From a virus (Duplodnaviria; Caudoviricetes), in the IMG/VR virus record IMGVR_UViG_3300044961_000667: a stretch of DNA of 64,000 bases. One strand, written 5' to 3'. Positions within the stretch are counted from its first letter, which is position 1, and the number at the start of each line of letters is the position of its first letter. The notes below the pieces were generated by a model. It was given only the letters and a program-made list of their open reading frames with translations. It was not told where the DNA came from and searched no databases. Both the position numbers and the translations under genes were made by a program. This document shows, piece after piece, positions 8,953 to 17,481 of this stretch.

Positions 8953-9560
8953 CTTCGTCCTCTCTTGTTCAGCCCGCGCACGCGAGCCATCAGGTCCTTC
9001 ACTTGAAGCCGCAACAACGGAACACCATCTTCGAGACGAGTCCGACAGAACCCAAGAACGATGCTGGCAACATCTCGCTTCACCACCAACAGATTGCCTA
9101 CCGCCGACAAGAATCCACCAACCTCCTGCGCCGTGTGGAGCTGCCAAACGAAGCAGTCTCGTTGCTTCTTCTTCTTGTTGGGCCTGAACCCGATCGTCCC
9201 GACACCCACAAGGGCGACTAGCTCCTCCTGCATACATCTTGTGGCGCTCGCCACGCTGACCCTCGGATTGACCCAGCGCTCGCCGTGCTTACCCAGTCCG
9301 ACGTATCCCTCCCCGTCCACGATTCCGGCCACCCACCCGAGCTTCTCTTTCGGAAGCCCACGCAAGCGACTTTCAAGTTCGGCCCAAGCGCGCTGTCGAA
9401 CTCCGTTCCGAAGTCCTCTGACGATGAGCCAGAAAGCGCTCTCGCTGCACTTGAACCGTGAAACGATCTCGCCGTGATGGACGCCAGACTCGTAGAGCCG
9501 TCGGATTTCTGACTTCTGCTCCTCCGTCAGCCTGGTCTGGAAACCTTTGCTGTTTCCCAT
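8949..9560 (-). CDS. Free-standing LAGLIDADG homing endonuclease with N-terminal HTH
   Basis: KLGWVAGIVDGEGYV; more AT-rich codons; TAGTCT 5 nt before ATG. Confidence 0.88.
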   Translation of the reverse strand: MGNSKGFQTRLTEEQKSEIRRLYESGVHHGEIVSRFKCSESAFWLIVRGLRNGVRQRAWAELESRLRGLPKEKLGWVAGIVDGEGYVGLGKHGERWVNPRVSVASATRCMQEELVALVGVGTIGFRPNKKKKQRDCFVWQLHTAQEVGGFLSAVGNLLVVKRDVASIVLGFCRTRLEDGVPLLRLQVKDLMARVRGLNKRGRR

Positions 9561-9589
9561 GTCTCAGACTAGCACAAAAGTCAACAGAT

Positions 9590-9661
9590 TCAATTGCTTG
9601 CGCCCTCCCACAGGCCCCAGTCCACGTAGTTCTTCGCCACCGACAACTCGATCTTCGCCAT
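9590..9661 (-). pseudogene. Orphaned native 5' end of the GHKL ATPase gene (MAKIELSVAKNYVDWGLWEGASN*)
   Basis: Strong RBS GAGGAGG; peptide aligns with MKIEMTIGKNYVDWSLWEA at 8952. Confidence 0.85.
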
Positions 9662-9721
9662 CTTCGTCTCCTCCTCACATCGCGTTTCAATCGTTCACCG
9701 GCGGGAACCGCCAGCGGTACT

Positions 9722-10762
9722 TCAGAAGGGAATCTCCTCCTCCGACATCTGGCTCAACGTCGCCGCCGCTTCCTCCCGCGGCTTGCTCTCAACCGGCTTG
9801 ACCGGCGCCGCCTGGGCAACCAGCCCCAGCCGCTTGAAGATGTCCTCGATGATCTCGACCTGCCGCGCCGTCAGCGGCTTCGACTGGGTCTTGAACTCCT
9901 GGAGCATGTCCTTCTGCTTCACCGAGAGCCGCCCGCTGCCGAGCAGCGCCACCAACTTCTCCTTCGGGCCCGCCACCTGCGCCACCGCCGCCGTCGGCTT
10001 GGCTCCGAGGTAACGCTGCTCCAGCTCGGTCACGATCTCCAACTGCTTCGGAGAGAGGCTGCCACGGTCACCCAGCTGAACTGCGAAGCTCTCCACCATG
10101 TCGGCTGCCTTCGCCGTCATCTTCCCCGTGGCCTGGAGAAGCGCATTCATCCGATTGAGGAGATCCGGACCCGACTCGTCCATGTCCCGCTCTTCCTTCG
10201 AGAGAACTCGTTCGGCGATGGGCGCCTTCTTCGTCGCCTCCGCCTCCAAGGCATCCCAGTCGGTTTCGGCAATCATCCCCGTCGCCACCTCGATCTGCTT
10301 CACGGTGAGCCGGCGACCCTGCTTCAGCTGGGCCAGGATGGAACTGGCGAACCGATGCCACGGCCGAAGAGTGACGTACCGTTCGAGCATCGTCGGGAGC
10401 GTCTTCTTCGCCTCCTCCTGCTGCCTGGCGATGAAGTCCTTCGCCATGCGCTTCCACTCTGCCTTCGAGGTCTCCTTCTTCTTCGACTCGATCTCCGCCG
10501 CCGTCATCTGACGACCGAGCTGGCGCTCGAAGTCCGCCTGCATCTGCGTCCAGTACGCCTCCGACCAGCTGGCCTGCACCAGCGTTGGTCCGCAGGTGCT
10601 GCCGACCGGGCGCGTCGCCTCCCGATCGTCCAGCGGGTGCACGTGGTACTCGTACCTGAGAGGGGAGCCGCAGATGCTGCACCGACCGCTCATGCTGCCG
10701 AGGTCAGTGACTGATTCGATCGTCCAGCGCCCCTGCTTCGCCAGCTTGCTGATTGCGTCCAT
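9722..10762 (-). CDS. Hypothetical protein with Zn-binding motif and SSB-like acidic tail
   Basis: CSICG..H..STCG; ends EEEIPF; RBS AAGGAG. Confidence 0.8.
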   Translation of the reverse strand: MDAISKLAKQGRWTIESVTDLGSMSGRCSICGSPLRYEYHVHPLDDREATRPVGSTCGPTLVQASWSEAYWTQMQADFERQLGRQMTAAEIESKKKETSKAEWKRMAKDFIARQQEEAKKTLPTMLERYVTLRPWHRFASSILAQLKQGRRLTVKQIEVATGMIAETDWDALEAEATKKAPIAERVLSKEERDMDESGPDLLNRMNALLQATGKMTAKAADMVESFAVQLGDRGSLSPKQLEIVTELEQRYLGAKPTAAVAQVAGPKEKLVALLGSGRLSVKQKDMLQEFKTQSKPLTARQVEIIEDIFKRLGLVAQAAPVKPVESKPREEAAATLSQMSEEEIPF

Positions 10763-10813
10763 CGTTCCTCTCCTTGGTCCCCCTGGGTTGGGGGAGGCGG
10801 TTGGTGTGATTCT

Positions 10814-10846
10814 AGAGTGACACCGGTCTTAGGTTTCGTCAAGAGG
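10814..10846 (-). promoter_or_regulatory. CCTCTTGAC-family promoter
   Basis: TTGACG-17-CACTCT. Confidence 0.75.
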
Positions 10847-10879
10847 CGTGCGACGGGCCATGTCTTTTTCGTTGGAATC

Positions 10880-10908
10880 TTGACAAAGCACACAATGACG
10901 GGGACTCT
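10880..10908 (+). promoter_or_regulatory. Divergent plus-strand sigma70-like promoter
   Basis: TTGACA-17-GACTCT. Confidence 0.5.
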
Positions 10909-10914
10909 TGCTTC

Positions 10915-10985
10915 GTGGACCAAGGGGTCCCCCCCTCCCCTCCTTGGTTGACAGAAGGGCCCCGCGTTGGGGCCCTTCTCATTTC
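10915..10985 (+). ncRNA. Candidate ~70-nt two-hairpin sRNA with C-rich loop
   Basis: Stem ACCAAGG/CCTTGGT around a C-rich loop, then an 11-bp hairpin. Confidence 0.4.
10953..10979. terminator. Intrinsic terminator-like hairpin
   Basis: AGAAGGGCCCC-GCGTT-GGGGCCCTTCT just past the polX stop. Confidence 0.7.
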
Positions 10986-10987
10986 CA

Positions 10988-11491
10988 TCACCTGTCGGTC
11001 GGCTCCACCCACGCCATGCCGATCGCGTCCAACACCTCCCGCTCCGTCTTCGACGCGACGAGACGATCGCCCTCGAAGAGGCCGTGCTGACTCAGCTGGA
11101 GTCCGCGAGCGATCGCAGCCTGCCGGCACTTGATGTTGAACAGCTTGCTTCCGGTGCAGTGCAGCATCGCCGACCCGAGCTGATGCGGCTCGACCAGGGT
11201 GATGTCCACCTGAACGCCGTCGTGCAGCAGCTGCATCTTCGGCTTGCCGTTCTTGGCGCTCCCGCAGCGATCACGGAGCCACTGTTCCGTGTCCATCACC
11301 TGCTTCAGATCCGCCATGGACACCACGACAACGAGATCGACGTCGCCGCAGGTCGGCTGCAGGCGCCGAATACTCCCGGCGACGTGCACCGACACTCCCA
11401 GCTTCTGCTCCATCTCGCCGCGAATCGCCTCTGCGATCTGAGACGCGTCGTGATTGCTGACACGACGTCCACCCAGCGACTTGCCTCCCAT
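10988..11491 (-). CDS. polX: Minimal family X DNA polymerase (palm and thumb only)
   Basis: AGSIRR..CGDVDLV, VQVDI, LHCTGSK.FN, LSQHGLF, EREVLDAIG..WVEPTDR. Confidence 0.9.
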   Translation of the reverse strand: MGGKSLGGRRVSNHDASQIAEAIRGEMEQKLGVSVHVAGSIRRLQPTCGDVDLVVVVSMADLKQVMDTEQWLRDRCGSAKNGKPKMQLLHDGVQVDITLVEPHQLGSAMLHCTGSKLFNIKCRQAAIARGLQLSQHGLFEGDRLVASKTEREVLDAIGMAWVEPTDR

Positions 11492-11538
11492 ATCCGCTCC
11501 GTTCTCCCGGCCACTGGCCGGGCGTTGGTGAGGATGGA

Positions 11539-11571
11539 AAGCTACCAGCTTACGCTAGTTTCGTCAAGAGG
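11539..11571 (-). promoter_or_regulatory. CCTCTTGAC-family promoter
   Basis: TTGACG-17-TAGCTT. Confidence 0.8.
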
Positions 11572-12227
11572 AAGGCATCGAGAACGCGCGAGTGCACGTC
11601 GTCGAACTCTCCCATCGCGTTGACGACAGTCCACTTCGTATTCACCTCGATGCCGCCCAGCTGAGACTCCATCTTGAACAGCGCGAGGTAGTTCTCCCTC
11701 ACGCGCTCCAGCAGGCCAGGCTGCTTCTCGTACCTGTCTCGTCGCTCCGGACGGCGACGCACCGACTCTGCCGGCGGGATGTCCATCAGAACGACGAAGT
11801 CGGGCTCGGGCAGGAGATCGTGGATCTGCCTGAGCCACTTCGCGTCAATCCCGTCGGCCGCCCCGTAGGCAAACCCCGACGGCCAATACCGATCGAGCAC
11901 CACGTCGTGGTCCTCCATCAGCGCCTTGTAGATCTTGTGGACCGCCTCGAAGCGATTCACCGTCATCATGCACTGGAACATGAGCGGGTCGAGCTTCGAC
12001 GGGTACTGCGGCGCTCCCTCTTCGTTGGTCGAGAACGCCTTCCACTGCTGCGTCAGGTGCTGCTTGATCGCCTGGCCGAGGGGCGTCTCGTAGTCGGGGA
12101 AGCTGAAGAGCTGCACCTTGCGGCCCCGCATCTTCAGATCCTCGACGAACTTCTTCGAGTGACTGTTCTTGCCCGACGCGTCGATGCCCTCGAACACGTA
12201 CATCCGGCCTCTGCGATCTTCGCTCAT
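11550..12227 (-). CDS. tmk: Thymidylate kinase
   Basis: VFEGIDASGK, FPDY, VVLDRYWPSGFAYG, PEPDFVVLMD. Confidence 0.93.
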   Translation of the reverse strand: MSEDRRGRMYVFEGIDASGKNSHSKKFVEDLKMRGRKVQLFSFPDYETPLGQAIKQHLTQQWKAFSTNEEGAPQYPSKLDPLMFQCMMTVNRFEAVHKIYKALMEDHDVVLDRYWPSGFAYGAADGIDAKWLRQIHDLLPEPDFVVLMDIPPAESVRRRPERRDRYEKQPGLLERVRENYLALFKMESQLGGIEVNTKWTVVNAMGEFDDVHSRVLDAFLLTKLA

Positions 12228-12237
12228 CCGGACTTCG

Positions 12238-12251
12238 TGCAATCGATTGCG
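12238..12251. repeat. TGCAATCGATTGCG palindromic site, copy 2 (intergenic)
   Basis: Exact match. Confidence 0.85.
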
Positions 12252-12263
12252 CCCTCCGTCAAG

Positions 12264-12470
12264 CTACAGCTTCTCGGCTTCGGCGAGATCGTGGAGCGCC
12301 TTCGCGGCGTCCATGAACTCCTGCATCGACGACTGGATGAGCCCGGCTTCCGCCGTTTCGTCATCCAGGATGTCCTCGACGAACTCCACCAGCAGCCTGC
12401 ACTCCGACTGCCCAGACTGACGCAGCTCCTCCAGCTTCTTCTCGAACGCCGCGGTCGACTTGATTGCCAT
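12264..12470 (-). CDS. Hypothetical protein
   Basis: RBS GAGGA; TGATG overlap. Confidence 0.7.
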   Translation of the reverse strand: MAIKSTAAFEKKLEELRQSGQSECRLLVEFVEDILDDETAEAGLIQSSMQEFMDAAKALHDLAEAEKL

Positions 12471-12691
12471 CACTGTCCTCTCTGTTCCGGCATCGGCCAT
12501 TCGATGCCCATCTTCGCCAGCTCTTCGCGCGCCTCCGGACTGCCGTTCAGAAAGTCGGTCAGCGCCTGGATGGCCGTGGTGCTCTTGTCCGCGGGCCGCC
12601 CAGGAAGTCGGCGCGTCGGCGCGGGTGGGTCGTACCGGTGCTTCTGCACCAACGCGTTACCCAGCATCATCATCGTCTTCTTCAGATCCAT
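12470..12691 (-). CDS. Hypothetical protein
   Basis: MDLKKT.., RBS GAGGA. Confidence 0.6.
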   Translation of the reverse strand: MDLKKTMMMLGNALVQKHRYDPPAPTRRLPGRPADKSTTAIQALTDFLNGSPEAREELAKMGIEWPMPEQRGQ

Positions 12692-13046
12692 CTTCGTCCT
12701 CTCTCGGTACGGGCTGCTCGTCCTTGCCCAACAGGAAGCGCAGGAACCCGGTCGTCGACAGCACCTTGTTGATGTTCTCGACGGGGTACGCACGCGGGAA
12801 GTCGACCACGCACAGGTTCTTCGCCCAGTCGGCGAGACCGGCCTTCAGCATCTTCTGCCGCTCTTCCTTCGCCCAGGCGTGCACGCGCTCGGGGCTCCCG
12901 TGCTTCCGCATCGAGTACGACTCGGCGTCGTAGGCCACGGAGACCGTGTCGCACATGTACAGGGTCTCCAACCGCTCCCCAGTCTCGTAGTTCACCTCGA
13001 CGAGGTAGTACGAGCCGTGCTCGAAGACGTACTGGTTCTCTCGCAT
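12657..13046 (-). CDS. Hypothetical protein
   Basis: Co-oriented ORF, GC3-rich codons. Confidence 0.75.
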   Translation of the reverse strand: MRENQYVFEHGSYYLVEVNYETGERLETLYMCDTVSVAYDAESYSMRKHGSPERVHAWAKEERQKMLKAGLADWAKNLCVVDFPRAYPVENINKVLSTTGFLRFLLGKDEQPVPREDEDGSEEDDDDAG

Positions 13047-13048
13047 CG

Positions 13049-14887
13049 TCAGTCCGCTGCCTCTTTCAGCTTGCTGAGCTTCTTCAGCAGCAGCTGCAGT
13101 TCGTTCTGCTGCGGCTTTGCGGCAGCCGGCGGCTTGCGTGGAACCATCTTGATCGGCTGCGGAACAACCTTCGGTGCAGGCGCCGCCATGCCGCGCTGCT
13201 TCAGGTACGCCTCCGCGAGCTTCTTGATGTTGTTCTCACCGACGTCCAACTGCTCGATCAACGCCCCCGCGGGGTCGCGCATGCCTTCGATCTGCTGACG
13301 CTTCAACCCCAGGACGTCCGCGACCACCGGATCCGAGCCACTGTCGGACACCAGGAAGTACGCTACGCACGGTTCATCCTGCCCATCACGGTGGACGCGA
13401 CCGATGCACTGCTCGTGGACGCCTGGACTCCAGTCGAGTTCGCCGAACACCACCGTCCGCGCATGGCCCTGGAGGCCATCCAGGCCAGCGCCGGCTCGAA
13501 GCGACATCATCAACACCTGCGAGTCGCCCTTGGTGAACCTCTCGACAGCTTCGAGCTTCTGCTTCACCGACTCGGAGCCCGTGTACATCACCGGGTTGAA
13601 CTCCTTCAGCCGCTCGTGCCAGATGCTGTACACCTCTCGGTGCCACCCGTAGAGCACCACCTTCTCGCCGTTGCCGACCAGCAGCCGGACGAATTCAGCC
13701 ACGTACGGCGCCTTCGCGATGCCCGTGGCCTGGCGCAACATCCACGACAGCTCTTCCGCGGCCCGGAGCTTCTCACCCCGCTTCTGCCCACCCTGCTGCA
13801 GGATGATCTGCGCCAGCTCGATCGCCTTCCCGCCGACCCTTTCCAGGGCCTCCATGTCGGCATCGACGTGATGCGGAACCCTGGTGAGCGCAGGCAGCTC
13901 TCGACCAACGTCTTTCCGCGTCCGGCGCAACATCAGCCCGGCCTCGCGCATGTACAAGCCGAACGCCTTCGGGTCCTTGATGCTGTGCTGCTCGTTCCCG
14001 CCCATCGAGGCCGCGTTGCACCACTCTCGAACAAACTCATCGTAGGTGCCAAGCGCGAGCGGCTTCAGCACCGTCAGCACGTTGTAGATCTCGGACCCGT
14101 AGTTGAAGATCGGGGTCGCCGACAGCCCCATCTTGAAGTCGGCGCCGTTCGCGATGTGTTTCGCACCCGCGTACTTCGCCGTCCCTCCATGGCGTAGCTC
14201 CTGGATCTCGTCGAACACCACGGTTCTCACCTTGCCGGCGAGCACGTCAGCCCACCCCGCCAGCTTGTGGTAGTTCGTGACGATCACATCAGGGAACGGC
14301 ACGTCGACCTCTCTGCGCCCACGCTTCTCCACCGTGAGCGGGTACGGCGTTCCCTTCTTCACGATGTGAACCCGCGTCTCCGGGATGAACTTCTGGATCT
14401 CGCGCTTCCACTGCTCAGGCAGAGACGTCAGCGTCACGACCAGCGCGGGCAGCGCCATCTTCTCCGTGAAGAGGCAGATCGCCGAGGCGGTCTTGCCCAA
14501 GCCCAGGTCGTCAGCCAGGAGAAGCGCCCCACCCTGAAGCGTCGCCTCCGCGGCGAGCGCCTGGTACGAGCGCGGCGGCAGCGCCATCTTGAACTCTCGG
14601 GCCTGGAACTTGCCCTCGATGATGTCGCTCAGGCGCTCGGAGTGATCGATGTACTCCTGCGAGCGCCGGTCGAGGTACGCCCTGTCGTCGGGCGACATCT
14701 CCAGCGGATAGCGATCGATGAACCACTTCAGCTCCCGGCAGTTCTCCGTGGTGTCGCTCAGGATCACCAAGTCGTGCTGCCGCGTGTCGATCTTCTGAAA
14801 GAAGCGCTTCAACCGGATCATCACGTGGGGCTCGCACTCGATGCCCCAGATCCGGTTCGAGCGCCGCACGCGCCCGAATGTCCTCAC
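13049..14887 (-). CDS. SNF2/SF2 helicase-like ATPase
   Basis: LLADDLGLGKT, VFDEIQ, LSATPIFN, MLRRT, LRAGAGLDGLQ, ELDWSPGVHEQCIGRVHRDGQ. Confidence 0.93.
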   Translation of the reverse strand: MRTFGRVRRSNRIWGIECEPHVMIRLKRFFQKIDTRQHDLVILSDTTENCRELKWFIDRYPLEMSPDDRAYLDRRSQEYIDHSERLSDIIEGKFQAREFKMALPPRSYQALAAEATLQGGALLLADDLGLGKTASAICLFTEKMALPALVVTLTSLPEQWKREIQKFIPETRVHIVKKGTPYPLTVEKRGRREVDVPFPDVIVTNYHKLAGWADVLAGKVRTVVFDEIQELRHGGTAKYAGAKHIANGADFKMGLSATPIFNYGSEIYNVLTVLKPLALGTYDEFVREWCNAASMGGNEQHSIKDPKAFGLYMREAGLMLRRTRKDVGRELPALTRVPHHVDADMEALERVGGKAIELAQIILQQGGQKRGEKLRAAEELSWMLRQATGIAKAPYVAEFVRLLVGNGEKVVLYGWHREVYSIWHERLKEFNPVMYTGSESVKQKLEAVERFTKGDSQVLMMSLRAGAGLDGLQGHARTVVFGELDWSPGVHEQCIGRVHRDGQDEPCVAYFLVSDSGSDPVVADVLGLKRQQIEGMRDPAGALIEQLDVGENNIKKLAEAYLKQRGMAAPAPKVVPQPIKMVPRKPPAAAKPQQNELQLLLKKLSKLKEAAD

Positions 14888-15258
14888 AACATCGACTCCC
14901 ACAGAACGACAGCCCGCACGGGCTTTCCGCTCATCTCGTTCGGCAAGTTGGTCAACCTCATTCTCGTCGCGACCAGCAGCACGCCAGTGACGCTCGGATG
15001 CTGCAGGTACCGATGGATCTGCCTCGTCTCCTTCGACAGCGATCCACCAATCTTCACCTCGATCACCGTTCCCCCAACCATGAAGTCGGCGATGTCGGTG
15101 GCGCTCAGGTACACCTCGCGCTGGAAGTCGATGCCGCGGACCAGCTTCGCTGCCAGCAGCACCTGCTCGATGCCAGCCTGCAGCTCCTTCTCGTTCACGT
15201 AGGAGTACCGGTGCGAGCGAATCAGCTCGGCCAGCGCCCCGAGATCCAGGCCGCTCAT
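14884..15258 (-). CDS. PD-(D/E)XK nuclease-fold protein
   Basis: E.EL..FQREV..IADFMV..VIEVK..QI.RY. Confidence 0.75.
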   Translation of the reverse strand: MSGLDLGALAELIRSHRYSYVNEKELQAGIEQVLLAAKLVRGIDFQREVYLSATDIADFMVGGTVIEVKIGGSLSKETRQIHRYLQHPSVTGVLLVATRMRLTNLPNEMSGKPVRAVVLWESML

Positions 15259-15268
15259 CGCAGTTTCA

Positions 15269-15628
15269 CTACCAGCACTTGTACTCGGAGTACACGGCCA
15301 CCATACCGCCCGGCAGGAACTTGTGCGACACGATCGAGTCGCCTCCATGGAAGAACTCGCACCAGTAGAAGGCGTCCATCATCAACTCCTTCGACACGAG
15401 AAACTCCAGGCTCTTGTACTGGCGCGACGTCCTGCCGAACGTCTCGCTCACCGCCACGAAGTGACGAAACGGAGCCCCATCAACCGGCGCCTGCGCCTGC
15501 TGCTCGCGCATCATCCGGTGAAACTCCTCCTCCGTGAGCTTCTTGGCCGGCGGTCGCGTCGGCTCCGAAACCGAGATCGCCACCTTCTGGCCGCCATCCA
15601 TCTCAAGCACTCCGAGCTGCTTCATCAC
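15269..15628 (-). CDS. Hypothetical protein
   Basis: RBS AAGGAGGAG. Confidence 0.7.
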   Translation of the reverse strand: MMKQLGVLEMDGGQKVAISVSEPTRPPAKKLTEEEFHRMMREQQAQAPVDGAPFRHFVAVSETFGRTSRQYKSLEFLVSKELMMDAFYWCEFFHGGDSIVSHKFLPGGMVAVYSEYKCW

Positions 15629-15971
15629 GTGACTCCTCCTTCGGCCAGAAGTCGCTGCAGAGCGGCGTGCACACGTGCCCCTTGTCGAGAACGTACAGCC
15701 TGGCCCTGCGGTTCTTGAAGTTCGACTCGATGCCGTACAGGCCGTACGGCGCCATCTCGTTGCTGATCGCGATAGCGCTCACCTTCGGGAGCCTCAGCTC
15801 GCGAATGCACTCCTTGATGTTCTCTCCCGGCATCATCCCGACCACCAGCGCCTTTTCATCTGGGCCAGGGATTCTCTGCCACTCCATCGCCTCGATGGCC
15901 TTGAGCACCTCCGCGCGCTGCTTCTCAGTCGCCGTGTGCTCCGCCCCGACCTTCATCCACGTCCGCTGCAT
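15603..15971 (-). CDS. Hypothetical protein
   Basis: Co-oriented ORF with RBS. Confidence 0.7.
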   Translation of the reverse strand: MQRTWMKVGAEHTATEKQRAEVLKAIEAMEWQRIPGPDEKALVVGMMPGENIKECIRELRLPKVSAIAISNEMAPYGLYGIESNFKNRRARLYVLDKGHVCTPLCSDFWPKEESRDEAARSA

Positions 15972-15972
15972 C

Positions 15973-16344
15973 TCACTCTCCGTTCAGTCTGCGGTACTCG
16001 GCGTTGATCGCGTTCAACAGTCGCTTGAACCGGATCATCAGCCCCATCGCCTGGATCCTGCTGGCGTCGTCCTTCAGCAACGACGAGATCTCCAGGATCT
16101 TGCACATCGTGTCGATCTCTCCGAACGAGAGCCGATGATCGAAGTCCGGCACGTTCGCGACGCAGCCGCTGATCTGGAACAGGAAGCCGCCCTCCTGGCC
16201 GGCCGCCTTGCACTTCCAGTCGTAGTGCACCGACGACAGGTGCAGGAGCAGCGCGATCTCCGGCTGCTCGAACCGCTCCCGCACCCTCACTTCGTAGTCG
16301 AACTGGACCGGCTTGAAGCCGAGGCGCTTCTCCTCCGCGGGCAT
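15973..16344 (-). CDS. Hypothetical protein
   Basis: Co-oriented ORF, GC3-rich codons. Confidence 0.7.
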   Translation of the reverse strand: MPAEEKRLGFKPVQFDYEVRVRERFEQPEIALLLHLSSVHYDWKCKAAGQEGGFLFQISGCVANVPDFDHRLSFGEIDTMCKILEISSLLKDDASRIQAMGLMIRFKRLLNAINAEYRRLNGE

Positions 16345-16347
16345 CCA

Positions 16348-16998
16348 TCAGTAGCCCCACCCGCTCCGGCGCTCTCGATCCCGACGGTACCGCAGGGTCT
16401 CCTCTTCCCAGCAGCCCATCCACGGCTTCAAGCCCTCGCCCTTGTTCAGGCGGTGCGTGAAGACACGCTTCAGCTTCGACATCTGTTCGAGGTTGTCCTC
16501 GCAGACGGTCGGCCAGATGTCGAAGTACGCCGAGTCGTACTTCGTGGTGGTCGGCGGCTTCCAGGTGAGGATGTCCTCACACACCACCTTCAGCTTGGCT
16601 GCCTCCGGCAGCGTCGCCTGGAGCGATGGCAGCACCACGTCGATGACGTCCTGGTACTTCTCGACGACGGTGACCGACTTCACGTCGGGCTTCTGCAACA
16701 CCGGGATCAACACCATCCCGATGCCGAGACCGCCGATGAGCGCGTCGCCCTTGAGCTGGCGGACCGCGAAGCTGTTCGACCGCCACTCGAACTGAGTGTC
16801 CGTCATCATCAGGACACCGTTCACCGAAAGCCGGGCGTATGTCCCAGGCTCGACGAAGTCGTTGGGGTGGCCGAACGACGCACGCAGCCTCGTCCGGTCA
16901 GAGTCCTGCTTGGTGACCTCGAAGTGCTCGACCTTCGCGCTGCCCTTCTGTCCGGGCATCACGTACTTCGCCACGCTGGGCTTTTCGATTCGCATCAT
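16348..16998 (-). CDS. Class I SAM-dependent methyltransferase (spermidine-synthase-like fold)
   Basis: LIGGLGIGM, VTVVEKYQDV, YDSAYFDIW. Confidence 0.85.
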   Translation of the reverse strand: MMRIEKPSVAKYVMPGQKGSAKVEHFEVTKQDSDRTRLRASFGHPNDFVEPGTYARLSVNGVLMMTDTQFEWRSNSFAVRQLKGDALIGGLGIGMVLIPVLQKPDVKSVTVVEKYQDVIDVVLPSLQATLPEAAKLKVVCEDILTWKPPTTTKYDSAYFDIWPTVCEDNLEQMSKLKRVFTHRLNKGEGLKPWMGCWEEETLRYRRDRERRSGWGY

Positions 16999-17036
16999 CC
17001 GCTCCTTGTTGGCCCCATGGGGTTGGGGATTCTGTG

Positions 17037-17069
17037 AAGCTACCTCACTGAATCTGTTTCGTCAAGAGG
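17037..17069 (-). promoter_or_regulatory. CCTCTTGAC-family promoter
   Basis: TTGACG-17-TAGCTT. Confidence 0.8.
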
Positions 17070-17070
17070 C

Positions 17071-17481
17071 TTAGTCTTCTTCCGGCAGCATCAGCGTCAC
17101 CGCCGGCTCGCCGCGATCGTCTGGCCCCACATGCAGCTTGAACACGAACTTCTTCTGCCGCCCGACGCCGGCGATCAGCACCTCGAAGAACCGAGCGTCA
17201 GGACCGGCATCCATGCCTCGGAGCCGCACGGGCATCGCCCGCGCCATCCACAGCATGTCGTGAACGACGCCGTCGACGCTGTTCATCGCCCGCTTGTTGG
17301 CGACCGCCTTCTCGATGATCGACCACACGGCCGAAGTACACACCACGCTCCGGCCAGGGTGATGCTGGCGGCACACGTCAGGCGCCAGAGCCACGAGATC
17401 GACGAGGTGGCCGTCTTCGATGGCCTGCGCTCGCGTGTACACGCTGATCGGCTTTCCGAACACCTCTTCGAGACTTCCCAT
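17071..17481 (-). CDS. DUF6573-like protein
   Basis: FG..IS.YTRAQAIEDG.LVD..TLMLPEED. Confidence 0.75.
   Translation of the reverse strand: MGSLEEVFGKPISVYTRAQAIEDGHLVDLVALAPDVCRQHHPGRSVVCTSAVWSIIEKAVANKRAMNSVDGVVHDMLWMARAMPVRLRGMDAGPDARFFEVLIAGVGRQKKFVFKLHVGPDDRGEPAVTLMLPEED

Noticed and set aside
7591-9237. Track's extended N-termini (7591-9237, 23040-24281, 29659-30516, 30321-31322 and similar)
   Set aside because: The extensions overlap real upstream genes, and internal starts with an RBS or stop-start coupling fit the protein families.
8949-9661. Group I intron explanation for the LAGLIDADG insert
   Set aside because: Only about 30 nt of non-coding sequence flank the ORF, too little for a ribozyme core, and the downstream gene has its own complete start.
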